This document shows, piece after piece, positions 17,712-26,691 of a DNA stretch of 64,000 nt (its first letter is position 1; each line of letters begins with the position of its first letter). Source of the DNA: a virus (Duplodnaviria; Caudoviricetes); the IMG/VR virus record IMGVR_UViG_2867134129_000001, positions 18,165-82,164 of that record. One strand, written 5' to 3'. Under the pieces are notes generated by a model. The model worked only from the letters and a program-made list of their open reading frames with translations, did not search any database and was not told where the DNA came from. A program made the position numbers and the translations under genes.

Positions 17712-17971
17712 GAGGCGTCTCCTTCGGGCTTGAGCTTGCCGACGGTGGGTGGGCGAAGGCGTTCGACACCGAGGTCGCGGGCCATGCGTCGAAAGACCTC
17801 CGGGGTGAGCCCGGTGGCTTTGGCGAGCTGACCAACGGTGGCACCGGCCTTGAGTTCGTTGGCGGCGTGTTCGCGCATGGCGGGCTTGAGTTCCCGCTCG
17901 CCTTCGTAGTGCTCCTTGTACTGGGCGAAGACGTCGGCTGCGTCTGGGCTGGGTCGGTAGTCGGTGGCCAT
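17708..17971 (-). CDS. Small HTH regulator
   Basis: 'GATVGQLAKATGLTPEVFRRMAR'. Confidence 0.75.
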   Translation of the reverse strand: MATDYRPSPDAADVFAQYKEHYEGERELKPAMREHAANELKAGATVGQLAKATGLTPEVFRRMARDLGVERLRPPTVGKLKPEGDAS

Positions 17972-17991
17972 GCCCTCATTTTGACACACGA

Positions 17992-18066
17992 GTAGCCCTA
18001 CGGTAAGGCCAACCGTATGCCCTGCACGTAGCCCTATTGACAGGGCTACGCGTAGGGCTACATGAT
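17992..18066 (+). promoter_or_regulatory. Divergent promoter with four GTAGCCCT operator boxes
   Basis: TTGACA(18037)-18 bp-CATGAT; GTAGCCCT at 17992 and 18028, AGGGCTAC at 18042 and 18054. Confidence 0.8.
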
Positions 18067-18108
18067 GGAGTCATCGCCAAGCCGCACAGCACCACCCGAG
18101 GGGGACCC

Positions 18109-18513
18109 GTGATCGCCAGCAACCGCACCCGCCGCGCCGCACTTCGCACCATCGCCCGCATCCACCAGGCCGCCCGCCGGGTCAGCAAGGCCCTCGCCTA
18201 CCGCACCCGCTCCGGCCTCATCGCCGCCGCCGTCGACCAGGGCACCCTCATCCGCACCGGCGACCTCCTCGACCGGCTCGGCGCCGACCTGAAGGACGGG
18301 CAGCGCTCCTGGTACGGCCGGCACACCGCCAAGGCATACCGGGCCGCCCACCTTGGTGCCGACGCCGTCAAGGTGTGGGCGCAGCACCGCACCACCGGCA
18401 AGTGGATCCACGTCCACGTCTACGCCCCGACCGACCCCGCCCTGTACGCCGCGCTCACCGCCTACAAGGCCACCCGGTACCTCTCCCAGGCCGACTTCGC
18501 GGAGGTCGCCTAG
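18109..18513 (+). CDS. Basic hypothetical protein
   Basis: GAGGGGG RBS, strong GC3 bias. Confidence 0.65.
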   Translation: MIASNRTRRAALRTIARIHQAARRVSKALAYRTRSGLIAAAVDQGTLIRTGDLLDRLGADLKDGQRSWYGRHTAKAYRAAHLGADAVKVWAQHRTTGKWIHVHVYAPTDPALYAALTAYKATRYLSQADFAEVA

Positions 18514-18570
18514 ACCAACTTCACGGCGCACCAGGCAACCATCACCGGCAACCCGAGCAGGGAGCACCAC

Positions 18571-19068
18571 GTGATCGACACCCTCGGCTTCCACACCGAC
18601 AACGACCTCCACGCCGAACTCGCCACCATCAACCGCGAGATCACCGCCCTCGTCGGCCGCCTCGACATCGGGAACTTTTACTCCTGGGAGGCCCGATACA
18701 ACACCGAGTCCCAGCTCGCCAACCTTCAGGGCCGGGCGAACCAGCTCTCCGCCGAGATCGCAGTGGCCGACGCGGACACCGACAGGCTCCTCGCCGCGAT
18801 CCGCCTCGTCGGCGACGTCGACCTCGGGTTCATCGCCTACGTCGTCTACGGGCCGGCCGTGCTGCCCGTCCCGCCGCTGCACGAGGTACGCCTGATCGAG
18901 CGTGAAGGTGGCTACACCGTCCCCGGCACCGTCCGTCGCCGTGTGCCGGCCGACCAGGTCGCGGCGGTGGAGCGGGAGCTGCTGACCGGTGTGATTGCCC
19001 CGGGCGGTCACGCCCGCATCTGGGGGCGGACGATCCGCTCCTACCGCATCCAGGTCACCGCGTACTGA
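18571..19068 (+). CDS. Hypothetical protein
   Basis: GGGAG RBS. Confidence 0.65.
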   Translation: MIDTLGFHTDNDLHAELATINREITALVGRLDIGNFYSWEARYNTESQLANLQGRANQLSAEIAVADADTDRLLAAIRLVGDVDLGFIAYVVYGPAVLPVPPLHEVRLIEREGGYTVPGTVRRRVPADQVAAVERELLTGVIAPGGHARIWGRTIRSYRIQVTAY

Positions 19069-19138
19069 CCACGCCCACCGGCCCGCCGCTGCCCATCCTG
19101 CGGCGGGCCGACCCCGCCCTGTCTCCGGAAGGACCCCG

Positions 19139-19501
19139 ATGAAGAAGTCCGCGAAGATCAACGGCCGTGCCACGATCACCCCGCCCGTCAGCCCGTACTG
19201 GACAACGGCGGACTACGCGCACGAGACGGACGTCCTCCGCACCGAGGTGTGGCCCGCCGTGCAGAAGTTCCTTGCCGAGAACTGGCCGGGCTTCTCCGCC
19301 GCGTTTACGGCCGACGACATCGTGCTGTGCACGCTCTGCTGGTCGGAGTTCGAGGCGCTGACCGCCGACGAGGCGGCCGACCTCTCGACTCGCACGGACG
19401 AGCACAGCATCGAGGGCGAGCCGACGTGCTGCCGGGCCGCGCTCGACGAGTTCCGCACCGAGCGCGGCATCCCCGCCGCACAGCGGGGCGGTGCCCGATG
19501 A
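19139..19501 (+). CDS. Hypothetical protein
   Basis: GAAGGA RBS; ATGA overlap with the next gene. Confidence 0.6.
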   Translation: MKKSAKINGRATITPPVSPYWTTADYAHETDVLRTEVWPAVQKFLAENWPGFSAAFTADDIVLCTLCWSEFEALTADEAADLSTRTDEHSIEGEPTCCRAALDEFRTERGIPAAQRGGAR

Positions 19502-20055
19502 CCGACACCCCGATGACCCCGGAGCGCGAGCGCACCATCCGGATCTGGCACGAGGAACTGCACGGCCTGACGGATCGCACCGCCGTAGCGCGACGCGAAG
19601 CCCTTGGAGACCTGCTGGCCGAGGTCGACCGACTCCGTGGAGAGCTGTCCGACGCGACGGCCGAGCTGGCGGAGAACGCACGAGCCATGAACGTGCTCTG
19701 CCGCCACCGGGAGACCGCCGAGGCCCGGGTTGCCGAGCTGGAGGCGTTGAAGCCGGCCCGGTTCCAGGACTGCCAGGCATGCGGGGCCAGCTACGAGTAC
19801 GGACACCCGTGCTCGGCCTGCGAGTTCAAGAAGCAGATGGCCGACGTGCAGGCCGGGATCAGGGACGCCTTGCCCTGCGCCCTCTCCCCGGAACAGGCGC
19901 GCCGTATCGAGCAGGAGCGCCCGGAGACGAACACCGCCCACGACTGCAACCTCCCGCTGGTCCGCCGCCTCGACTGCGGCCACTGCCCGCACGAGATCTG
20001 CCAGGACTGCGACCGGAGCCCGCACACCTGCCGGTGCGCCGAGGGGGGCACGTGA
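19498..20055 (+). CDS. Coiled-coil protein with Cys-rich zinc-binding motifs
   Basis: 'LLAEVDRLR', several CxxC motifs. Confidence 0.65.
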   Translation: MTDTPMTPERERTIRIWHEELHGLTDRTAVARREALGDLLAEVDRLRGELSDATAELAENARAMNVLCRHRETAEARVAELEALKPARFQDCQACGASYEYGHPCSACEFKKQMADVQAGIRDALPCALSPEQARRIEQERPETNTAHDCNLPLVRRLDCGHCPHEICQDCDRSPHTCRCAEGGT

Positions 20056-20492
20056 AGGTCATCCGTCACCAGACCGCCCCGAACCCGGACGGGTGCCGGT
20101 GGTGCGGCTACGACAACCCGCACGGCTGGCAGTACCTGCCCGGCAAGGGCGGCCACCAGTGGGAGCAGCCCACCAACGCCCAACGCCTCGCCCGCATGAG
20201 GGCCCGGCGTGCAGCCCGGAAGGCCGTGTGCCGCTGCCCGCAGGGCGACTACCTGACGCCGTTCGCCCCGGTCTTCGACCCGTATGCGTGCGAGGCCGAC
20301 GACTGCACCCACGCCTTCTCCGAGCTGAACCCTTTCGGGTCGGGCGCACGGTCGGTCAACGTCGCCAGTGCCGAGGTCTCCCGGAAGTGCGGCATGTGCG
20401 GATGGACCACGTCGGTGTGGCACGTCAACGACGGGTCGGCCGAGCAGGAGCTGTACCGCCACATCGCCCGCGAACACGGCGGCACCCCGTGA
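20052..20492 (+). CDS. Cys/His-rich hypothetical protein
   Basis: 'PDGCRWCG', 'HQWEQPTNAQRLARMRARR'; GTGA overlaps. Confidence 0.65.
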   Translation: MKVIRHQTAPNPDGCRWCGYDNPHGWQYLPGKGGHQWEQPTNAQRLARMRARRAARKAVCRCPQGDYLTPFAPVFDPYACEADDCTHAFSELNPFGSGARSVNVASAEVSRKCGMCGWTTSVWHVNDGSAEQELYRHIAREHGGTP

Positions 20493-20609
20493 CCCCGCCG
20501 CCTGCCCCGGCCCCGTTGCCGCCGTGGGAGGACACCGCACGCGAAGTCGCCCGCCGTGACCGCGAATGGTTCGAGCGGGACTATGACAACGACAACGAGG
20601 AGTAGACCG

Positions 20610-20825
20610 ATGGCGAAGACGCAGAACTACTTCTGGTTCATGACCATCCAGACCCCCAACGGCGCAGGCTTCCTGATCAGCTCTTACCAAGGGCAGATGC
20701 CGCTTGTGTCGGGCACGACGCGGCTGGGCTTCTTCAACGAGATCCGGGAAGAGATCGCCCGGCGCAACCCACTGGCGCAAGGAGGGTGCGTCATCGCCTT
20801 CGACATCCAGCCCAACAACCTCTGA
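20610..20825 (+). CDS. Hypothetical protein
   Basis: GAGGAG RBS. Confidence 0.6.
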   Translation: MAKTQNYFWFMTIQTPNGAGFLISSYQGQMPLVSGTTRLGFFNEIREEIARRNPLAQGGCVIAFDIQPNNL

Positions 20826-20879
20826 CCGCCTCTGGGCTGCTTGTGTACGGCACGGCGGCCCACAACCCGAAGGAGCATC

Positions 20880-21125
20880 ATGCTCGCCGTTTCTGAACGC
20901 GTCTCTGGCCTCAACGGCACCCCCGACCAGACCGTCTGGCACAAGCCCGTCGGCCGCATCGTTGACGAATGGCAGAACATCGCCTGCAGCACCACCGAAG
21001 GAATCCTCAGCCCACGGGCCAAGGAAGACGTTCCGATCCGGCTGGACAGGGAGAACGAGGCGTGGTGCACCGACTGCCTCAACCTCCACCGGGAGCAGCG
21101 CGCCACCCAGGAGCCCCCGCGATGA
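20880..21125 (+). CDS. Hypothetical protein
   Basis: AAGGAG RBS. Confidence 0.6.
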   Translation: MLAVSERVSGLNGTPDQTVWHKPVGRIVDEWQNIACSTTEGILSPRAKEDVPIRLDRENEAWCTDCLNLHREQRATQEPPR

Positions 21126-21382
21126 TCCAGCCCGGACAGACCTACCGCAGCCTCAGCAACCGCCACCACCCCGCCGACGGGCCCACCCGCATCCGGATCA
21201 CCAGGGCACCGCTCGGCACCGCCGACCTGGACGGCATGCGGAAAGTGCAGGTCGTCACTCTCACTTGGGACGGGCGCGAGATCCGCCCTCGCTGGATGCG
21301 GGCCGACCGGCTCCACGCCACGGCCACCACCCGCGACGGGACACCCCGCCGTGCCGGATATGTACTGGAGCACCAGTCATGA
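21122..21382 (+). CDS. Small beta-rich protein, paralog 1
   Basis: 'IQPGQTYRS...TTRDGTPRRAGYVLE'. Confidence 0.7.
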   Translation: MIQPGQTYRSLSNRHHPADGPTRIRITRAPLGTADLDGMRKVQVVTLTWDGREIRPRWMRADRLHATATTRDGTPRRAGYVLEHQS

Positions 21383-21600
21383 CCATTCAACCTGGACAGA
21401 TCTACCGGTCCGCAGACCCCCGCGACACCCACCGTGAGCCCATCCGCATCACCGCCTACGACGGCACCAACCGGGCCGACGTTGTCGACGCCTACAGCGG
21501 CAAGAAGCCCCGCTCCATCCTCATCAACAGCCTCCACACCAGCCCGACCACGAAAAGCGGGACACCCCGCCGCACCGGATACGTCCTGGAGGACACGTGA
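21379..21600 (+). CDS. Small beta-rich protein, paralog 2
   Basis: 'IQPGQIYRS...TTKSGTPRRTGYVLE'. Confidence 0.7.
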   Translation: MTIQPGQIYRSADPRDTHREPIRITAYDGTNRADVVDAYSGKKPRSILINSLHTSPTTKSGTPRRTGYVLEDT

Positions 21601-21836
21601 CGATCACTCGCTACGCCTGGTGCTTCCACCACGGCGTGATCCACACCTTCCGTGAAGGCGATACCCCCTGGTGCACCGCCACCTGGATCGCCTTCACCGC
21701 TACCACCAGAACCGACGCCCTGGCCGCCAAGCATGCCGCCTACGGCGACGCCCGGTTCCTCGACGAACTCCCCGTCGAGAAGCAGGTCGAGGTCATCGAG
21801 ATCTCAGATGCCCGAACTGGGGGGCCGCCCCGATAG
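21597..21836 (+). CDS. Hypothetical protein
   Basis: GTGA overlap, GGAGG RBS. Confidence 0.6.
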   Translation: MTITRYAWCFHHGVIHTFREGDTPWCTATWIAFTATTRTDALAAKHAAYGDARFLDELPVEKQVEVIEISDARTGGPPR

Positions 21837-21851
21837 CGCCAACCCCCACCC

Positions 21852-21882
21852 TGGGCCCGTCCTGAACCATCAGGCGGGCCCA
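21852..21882. terminator. Stem-loop between convergent operons
   Basis: TGGGCCCG(T)CCTGA...TCAGGCGGGCCCA. Confidence 0.6.
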
Positions 21883-21906
21883 AGGCGTTGAGACAGCTCG
21901 CCGCCG

Positions 21907-23598
21907 CTAAGCCGCCAACTCGGGCCGCGAAGCCCCGCCCGCTGGCTCCTCCTCGACCTCCTGGCCCTCATCGAAGCCCGGCTCAACGTCGTCGTCCGGC
22001 TCCACCTCCTCGGGCTCCTCGACGCCGCCCGTGTTGAACGGATCCCCAGCCGGAATCTGCTGCGCCTTGTCGTCCCGAATCCGCCGCACCTCCGCCAAGA
22101 CCTCCGGCTCGTCCAGCTCAGGGCTCCGCATCTTCACCTTCATGTACGTGCTGATCGCCCCCGCCGACTCCAGCAGCGACAGCGAGCGCGCCGTCGCCTC
22201 CGGATCCGGCTGCACCGCCTGAGGCCACGACGCCGTCAACTCCGCCGCCGGGTCCACGCCCTTCGCCCCGCAGTGCGTCACGTCGACCATCGTCAGAGTC
22301 GTCAGATGCTCCAGCAGCGCCGGCCGCTGGTAGAGGATCTTCAAGCCCCGGGTCGTGAGGCTCTCCTCCTTCCGGGCCGCTACCTCCGTAGCCGTCACCG
22401 CCACCGCCCCCTCCTCGCCATACGACTGGGCGGAGTAGCCGGCCGACGCAAGGATTTGACGACGCAACGCCTTCGCAGTCCGCTCATGGTCATCAACACG
22501 GATCGCGAACTGAATCTCGGTGATCGAGTCCTTCAGAGAAGACTCGTCGCCCAGGAACCCGCTCACCGACACGAACAGCTCCCTATCCAGGTCGAACGAG
22601 GAACCACCACCCGGACCGCTGGTGTCGAGCATCTCCTGTGGCACCACCACCCGGGCCTTCCCCAGACGTAGGTCCCGCATCCAGGACGACCACGTCTCAT
22701 CGAGCCCATCCATCATCGGCTCAATGCCCGCGAAGTCGGAGCGCCCCAGCGGGGCCGTGTCCGGCACCCCGTCCCACACACGGTTCGGGAGGACGTTCGG
22801 CAGGTGCGTGATCAGCAGCCGGTCTATGCCCGTCGCCTGACGCCCCCGGCTGTCAGTGCGACTCGCCAGGAACTCGGACTCATGGTGGTCCGAGAACTCC
22901 ATCAGCATGCCGAGCGTCGCGTGATCGCCCTTGTACACCCCGTACTCGATCAACCCAGGAGTGTGGTACTCCAAAAGCCGCCACACCCCACCAGCGTCAT
23001 CCAGCGGCTCCAGCTCCCGCCACACCGTCGCCGCCGCCAGCATGCCCCACCGCCACTCGGGAACCACGGCGTTCGCGAGGATCACGTCCGACCACGGGCG
23101 CGGGCGCAGCGTCGTGTCCCACACAGCCCGCAGATACACGTTGGACAGCCCGGCCGTCAGCTCGGCCGCCTCCCTCATCTTCGCGTGGCCCCTGTCGTCC
23201 AGGTACCGGCCGATCTGCGCCTGCGTCGACGCGGCCGTGGCCTTGTCCGTCGAGTCCACGTCGACCGTCACCGTGGGAACGTCCGACCACAGCAGGTTCG
23301 CGGACATCTCCGCAATGTCCCCGCCGATCGGGATATGGAGTTTCGCCGCCTGCTGCCCCGGCGACGGATCCTGCCCCCAGAACATGCGCAGCTCATCACC
23401 ACCGGTCGCGCGCCGCTTGTCGACGTCGAAGAACGCGCGCGCGATGCCGTTCCGGGTGTAGCTGGCCGGCCCGCCGTACACCTGCGCCAAATGTCCGGTG
23501 TCGCCCGCGTACCAGGCCCGCCACATGTCCATGTCGGCGTGCGGGATATTCAGCTTCGGCGGAGGCCAAGGGGTGTTCCCAGACGGAGGCAGCGGCAT
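21907..23598 (-). CDS. Phage portal protein
   Basis: Follows TerL; 'LGRSDFAGIEPMMDGLDETWSSWMRDLRLGKAR', 'QFAIRVDDH', 'TATEV'. Confidence 0.9.
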   Translation of the reverse strand: MPLPPSGNTPWPPPKLNIPHADMDMWRAWYAGDTGHLAQVYGGPASYTRNGIARAFFDVDKRRATGGDELRMFWGQDPSPGQQAAKLHIPIGGDIAEMSANLLWSDVPTVTVDVDSTDKATAASTQAQIGRYLDDRGHAKMREAAELTAGLSNVYLRAVWDTTLRPRPWSDVILANAVVPEWRWGMLAAATVWRELEPLDDAGGVWRLLEYHTPGLIEYGVYKGDHATLGMLMEFSDHHESEFLASRTDSRGRQATGIDRLLITHLPNVLPNRVWDGVPDTAPLGRSDFAGIEPMMDGLDETWSSWMRDLRLGKARVVVPQEMLDTSGPGGGSSFDLDRELFVSVSGFLGDESSLKDSITEIQFAIRVDDHERTAKALRRQILASAGYSAQSYGEEGAVAVTATEVAARKEESLTTRGLKILYQRPALLEHLTTLTMVDVTHCGAKGVDPAAELTASWPQAVQPDPEATARSLSLLESAGAISTYMKVKMRSPELDEPEVLAEVRRIRDDKAQQIPAGDPFNTGGVEEPEEVEPDDDVEPGFDEGQEVEEEPAGGASRPELAA

Positions 23599-23613
23599 GA
23601 CAGATCCTTTCGG

Positions 23614-24876
23614 TCAGGCGGCCAGGGCGAGCTGGCGCTGCCACAGGGCACGGGTCGTGAATAGGGCATAGCGGGCCGAGTCGATTCCATGATCGGCAAC
23701 CTTGATCGGGCGGTCCTCGCCCTTCTCGGCCGCCTTGTCGTCCCAGGCGTAGCCGGGCATCTCGCCGATCAGGGCCCTGCACGATGCGTGGACGAGGAGC
23801 CTCCCGGATGCCAAGAGGCTTGCCATCGTGCGGATGCCGTCCAAGACGTCGTTCTTCGCTGGCGTCGGCGTCAGCTTGTCCCGGCGCAGCTGCGCACTGA
23901 AGCTCGCCGCGGACGGGTCCACCGTCACGAACTGCGGACGCACCGGACCAATCCCCGGCACGTCACCAAGCCAGCCACGCATCCGCTCCGAGTACTCGGC
24001 ATCCGTCAACTGGCGGCGCTGGTGCCGTCCGTCGTACCGCCACTCCGACGCCACATACAGGCGCCGATCCGTTCCCAGCCCCAGCAGCGTCGCGTGGAAC
24101 GGGTTACTCGTTCCATAGTCAACGCCCACAGAGAGCCAGCGATGCATTCGCGGCAGGGCGTCGACAACATGGCGTTCGTCATCCCACATATCGAATACGG
24201 CACCCTCGGCGGCAATCCACTTGCCCTCGATAAACCGCTTAAAGAAGAGCGTGCCTTCCCCGTACTCAGCCTTAATCGACTCCGTGTATTCGAGAGTGAG
24301 AGACGGGTTGTCGTCGAGTGTGAAGTGCCAGTGCCCGATGCCCAGCTCAAGAGCTCGATCGATGAAGTCGCGCTTCAACCAGTGCGCAGAGCTATCAGGG
24401 TTCGTTGTGCCAAGCAGGCGGGCGCCCGGCACAGAGAGCCGGCCGAGGAGCTGCTTGAAGAACGCCTCCGGAAGGAGAGTGATCTCGTCCGCCACGGCCA
24501 GGCACACGCTGGCCCCACGTAGCCTCCCCTCTGCCCGGGCATCCGATGCGCCAATGAGGTGCACGGTGCGCCCCAGGATGACCGCAGTCGTCGACCCTCT
24601 GGTGTGAACCACCTGTAGGGACAGCGCTCCAAAAATTGCGGGGTCCTGGAGCGGCTCAATAAGGTTCCGCTCGATCGTCTGAAGCGATCGGCCCGCAATG
24701 ATCACAAGGCCCGTAGACGGAGCCACAGAAAGAGCAATCAGGAAGGCGACCAGGGAGGCGATCGTCTTACCTGAACGAATCGCCCCCGACCAGATCGCAA
24801 TCCGGTGCCGTGCAGACTGTGCAATAGAGCGCAGCTGCTTACGCGACATCGGAAGCGACGACAGGTTCACGACCAC
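23614..24876 (-). CDS. terL: Terminase large subunit (PBSX-like)
   Basis: Walker A 'GAIRSGKT', Walker B 'AVADEIT', 'TTNPD', nuclease motifs 'GVDYG', 'DPSA', 'DHGIDSARY'. Confidence 0.95.
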   Translation of the reverse strand: MVVNLSSLPMSRKQLRSIAQSARHRIAIWSGAIRSGKTIASLVAFLIALSVAPSTGLVIIAGRSLQTIERNLIEPLQDPAIFGALSLQVVHTRGSTTAVILGRTVHLIGASDARAEGRLRGASVCLAVADEITLLPEAFFKQLLGRLSVPGARLLGTTNPDSSAHWLKRDFIDRALELGIGHWHFTLDDNPSLTLEYTESIKAEYGEGTLFFKRFIEGKWIAAEGAVFDMWDDERHVVDALPRMHRWLSVGVDYGTSNPFHATLLGLGTDRRLYVASEWRYDGRHQRRQLTDAEYSERMRGWLGDVPGIGPVRPQFVTVDPSAASFSAQLRRDKLTPTPAKNDVLDGIRTMASLLASGRLLVHASCRALIGEMPGYAWDDKAAEKGEDRPIKVADHGIDSARYALFTTRALWQRQLALAA

Positions 24877-26044
24877 CTCCGCTCACCAACTGGAACCAGG
24901 TTCCACAGCGGGCCCACTTGGACTTGTTGCAGGCCTCGCAGGCTCGCACCAAGTTCCACCAGTGATCCGTGCCCCCCTTGGCGAGAGGGAAGAAGTGGTC
25001 AACGCTTACGGCTTCCCTCCCACAGTAGAAGCACGGGTCGTTTGCAATGGCGCGACGATAGTCAGCAGACAAGGCTCGATCGAGAGCGTCCATGTTCGCG
25101 TCCACGCGTTGGCGACGGCGATGCGTCCTTGCGTAGTACTCCTCGCGGTTAGCGAGGTAGTGCTCCCGCATCCGGGCGTTGCGCTCAGCTCTGTTATTCA
25201 GGTGGTACGCCGCAGCCCAGTGGCGTTGGCACAACCCCTTCCTCTCGGACCCGAGTTCGCACCCGTTGTGGCTGCAAGTCAAGGACTGTTGTGGGGTCCA
25301 GATTCGAAGCACCGTGCGAGGGTCGCCGTGTCTCTTCCAGCGCGTGTAGTGCGTGGTGCACATCTCGCGCCGGTCGACCTGCTTGCCGCAGCCATCCACT
25401 GTGCATCCGCGATCCGCATGGACTGCCTTGACCGGGTCTGCGGTGCTGCCGGTCCTTCGGAGTCGCATGTAGTGCTTCCGGCAGAGTCCCTTCCCGACTG
25501 TCAGTTCGGACCCACAGTCGTCTACGGTGCAGACCGCAGGCTGGCGCTCGGGCTCCCAGAGCGGATCACCGTGCGCCGCCCAGCGCTGGTAGTGCATTCC
25601 ACACCAACCGCGCTTCAGGTTGTCGCCGCGGTCGCAGCCATGCACTTGGCACTCGGTCGTAACGCCGCGGGCCTCGATGGGGATGTCGGCACGCACATCT
25701 CCGTAGGTCCGGACGCGGGCGTAATGCGCTGCACACAGGCCGCGGACGAGTCGACCGCCCTTTGAGCAGGTGTCGACTCGGCAGCTTGCGCTGCTTGCCG
25801 ACCTAGCTGGGAGGTCAAGAGAGCCGTGGAGGCGCATCCGCCGGTAGTGCATGTGGCACCAACCGTGACCACCCTTTGCGGGGGTCGAACAGTCTTCGAC
25901 TGAACACTTCAGGTCGGAAGCCTTGACGTGGACCGGGAGATCGGTGCCCCCGTATTTCTTCACGCGCTGGTAGTGCATCGTGCACAGGTTTCGGGCACGG
26001 GCGGGCTTGGCGCATTCGGGCACGTCGCAGGTACGCTTGGTCAT
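24839..26044 (-). CDS. HNH endonuclease with seven tandem C-x4-C...C-x2-H zinc-finger repeats
   Basis: C-terminal 'CFYCG....VDHFFPLAKGGTDHWWNLVRACEACNKSK'; GAGGAG RBS. Confidence 0.9.
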   Translation of the reverse strand: MTKRTCDVPECAKPARARNLCTMHYQRVKKYGGTDLPVHVKASDLKCSVEDCSTPAKGGHGWCHMHYRRMRLHGSLDLPARSASSASCRVDTCSKGGRLVRGLCAAHYARVRTYGDVRADIPIEARGVTTECQVHGCDRGDNLKRGWCGMHYQRWAAHGDPLWEPERQPAVCTVDDCGSELTVGKGLCRKHYMRLRRTGSTADPVKAVHADRGCTVDGCGKQVDRREMCTTHYTRWKRHGDPRTVLRIWTPQQSLTCSHNGCELGSERKGLCQRHWAAAYHLNNRAERNARMREHYLANREEYYARTHRRRQRVDANMDALDRALSADYRRAIANDPCFYCGREAVSVDHFFPLAKGGTDHWWNLVRACEACNKSKWARCGTWFQLVSGGGREPVVASDVA

Positions 26045-26169
26045 GTCGGCACTCCTCGTAAGTGTCGGCCGCGCCCCCGGACGGTTCCAGCCGTCGCGGG
26101 GGTCCTGTATGTAGCTTGACCTGCTAATTCTACCAATTTTGGGGCGACTTGGGGCTGTCGCGAGCCTCG

Positions 26170-26691
26170 TCACTGCTCGCTCTCAAGGGGTGTTTCGTCG
26201 GGCTGGTTGGCGATCTCTGCGATGCCCTGGGCGAGCTTCCCGAGCATCGACTTGGCGTCATCCGCTCCGCTACCACTACTCTCCGCCGGTGCGAGCTTGA
26301 GTGACTTGTCGATGGCTATACCGGCGGTGCTCATGAGGGAGCGTTTATCGGCGGGCGGCGGCTCGTCGACGGGCTCGCTGTTGTAGATGTTCTGCGCCCC
26401 GCCGAAGGCGTAAACGACGGTCGGCTCCCACAGCTTCTTCCGCAGGCGTTCGGCGTCGCTGGTGAGCTGTTCGGCGAGGATGCTGCGCCGCTCGGCAAGG
26501 TCGGCGAGCCGCGCGGCTGTGGCGGCTTCGATGCGCGACCGGTCGAAGGTCACGCCGAGGTGTTCGGCGGTGCGGGAGACGACTGCGGCGGTGAGCCCCA
26601 TTTCGCGGCAGATCGCGTTCCGGCCGAGCCCTTCCGTGTGGAGTTCGAGGAACCGCTCGAACTTGTCCTCGCCCATGGTCCCTTTAGGCAT
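26170..26691 (-). CDS. terS: Terminase small subunit (HTH)
   Basis: 'LHTEGLGRNAICREMG' HTH, C-terminal 'DAKSMLGKL'; upstream of TerL. Confidence 0.75.
   Translation of the reverse strand: MPKGTMGEDKFERFLELHTEGLGRNAICREMGLTAAVVSRTAEHLGVTFDRSRIEAATAARLADLAERRSILAEQLTSDAERLRKKLWEPTVVYAFGGAQNIYNSEPVDEPPPADKRSLMSTAGIAIDKSLKLAPAESSGSGADDAKSMLGKLAQGIAEIANQPDETPLESEQ

Noticed and set aside
24839-26170. Group I intron or intein in the terminase
   Set aside because: TerL is continuous with all motifs and no intein signatures; the HNH lies between genes, not within one
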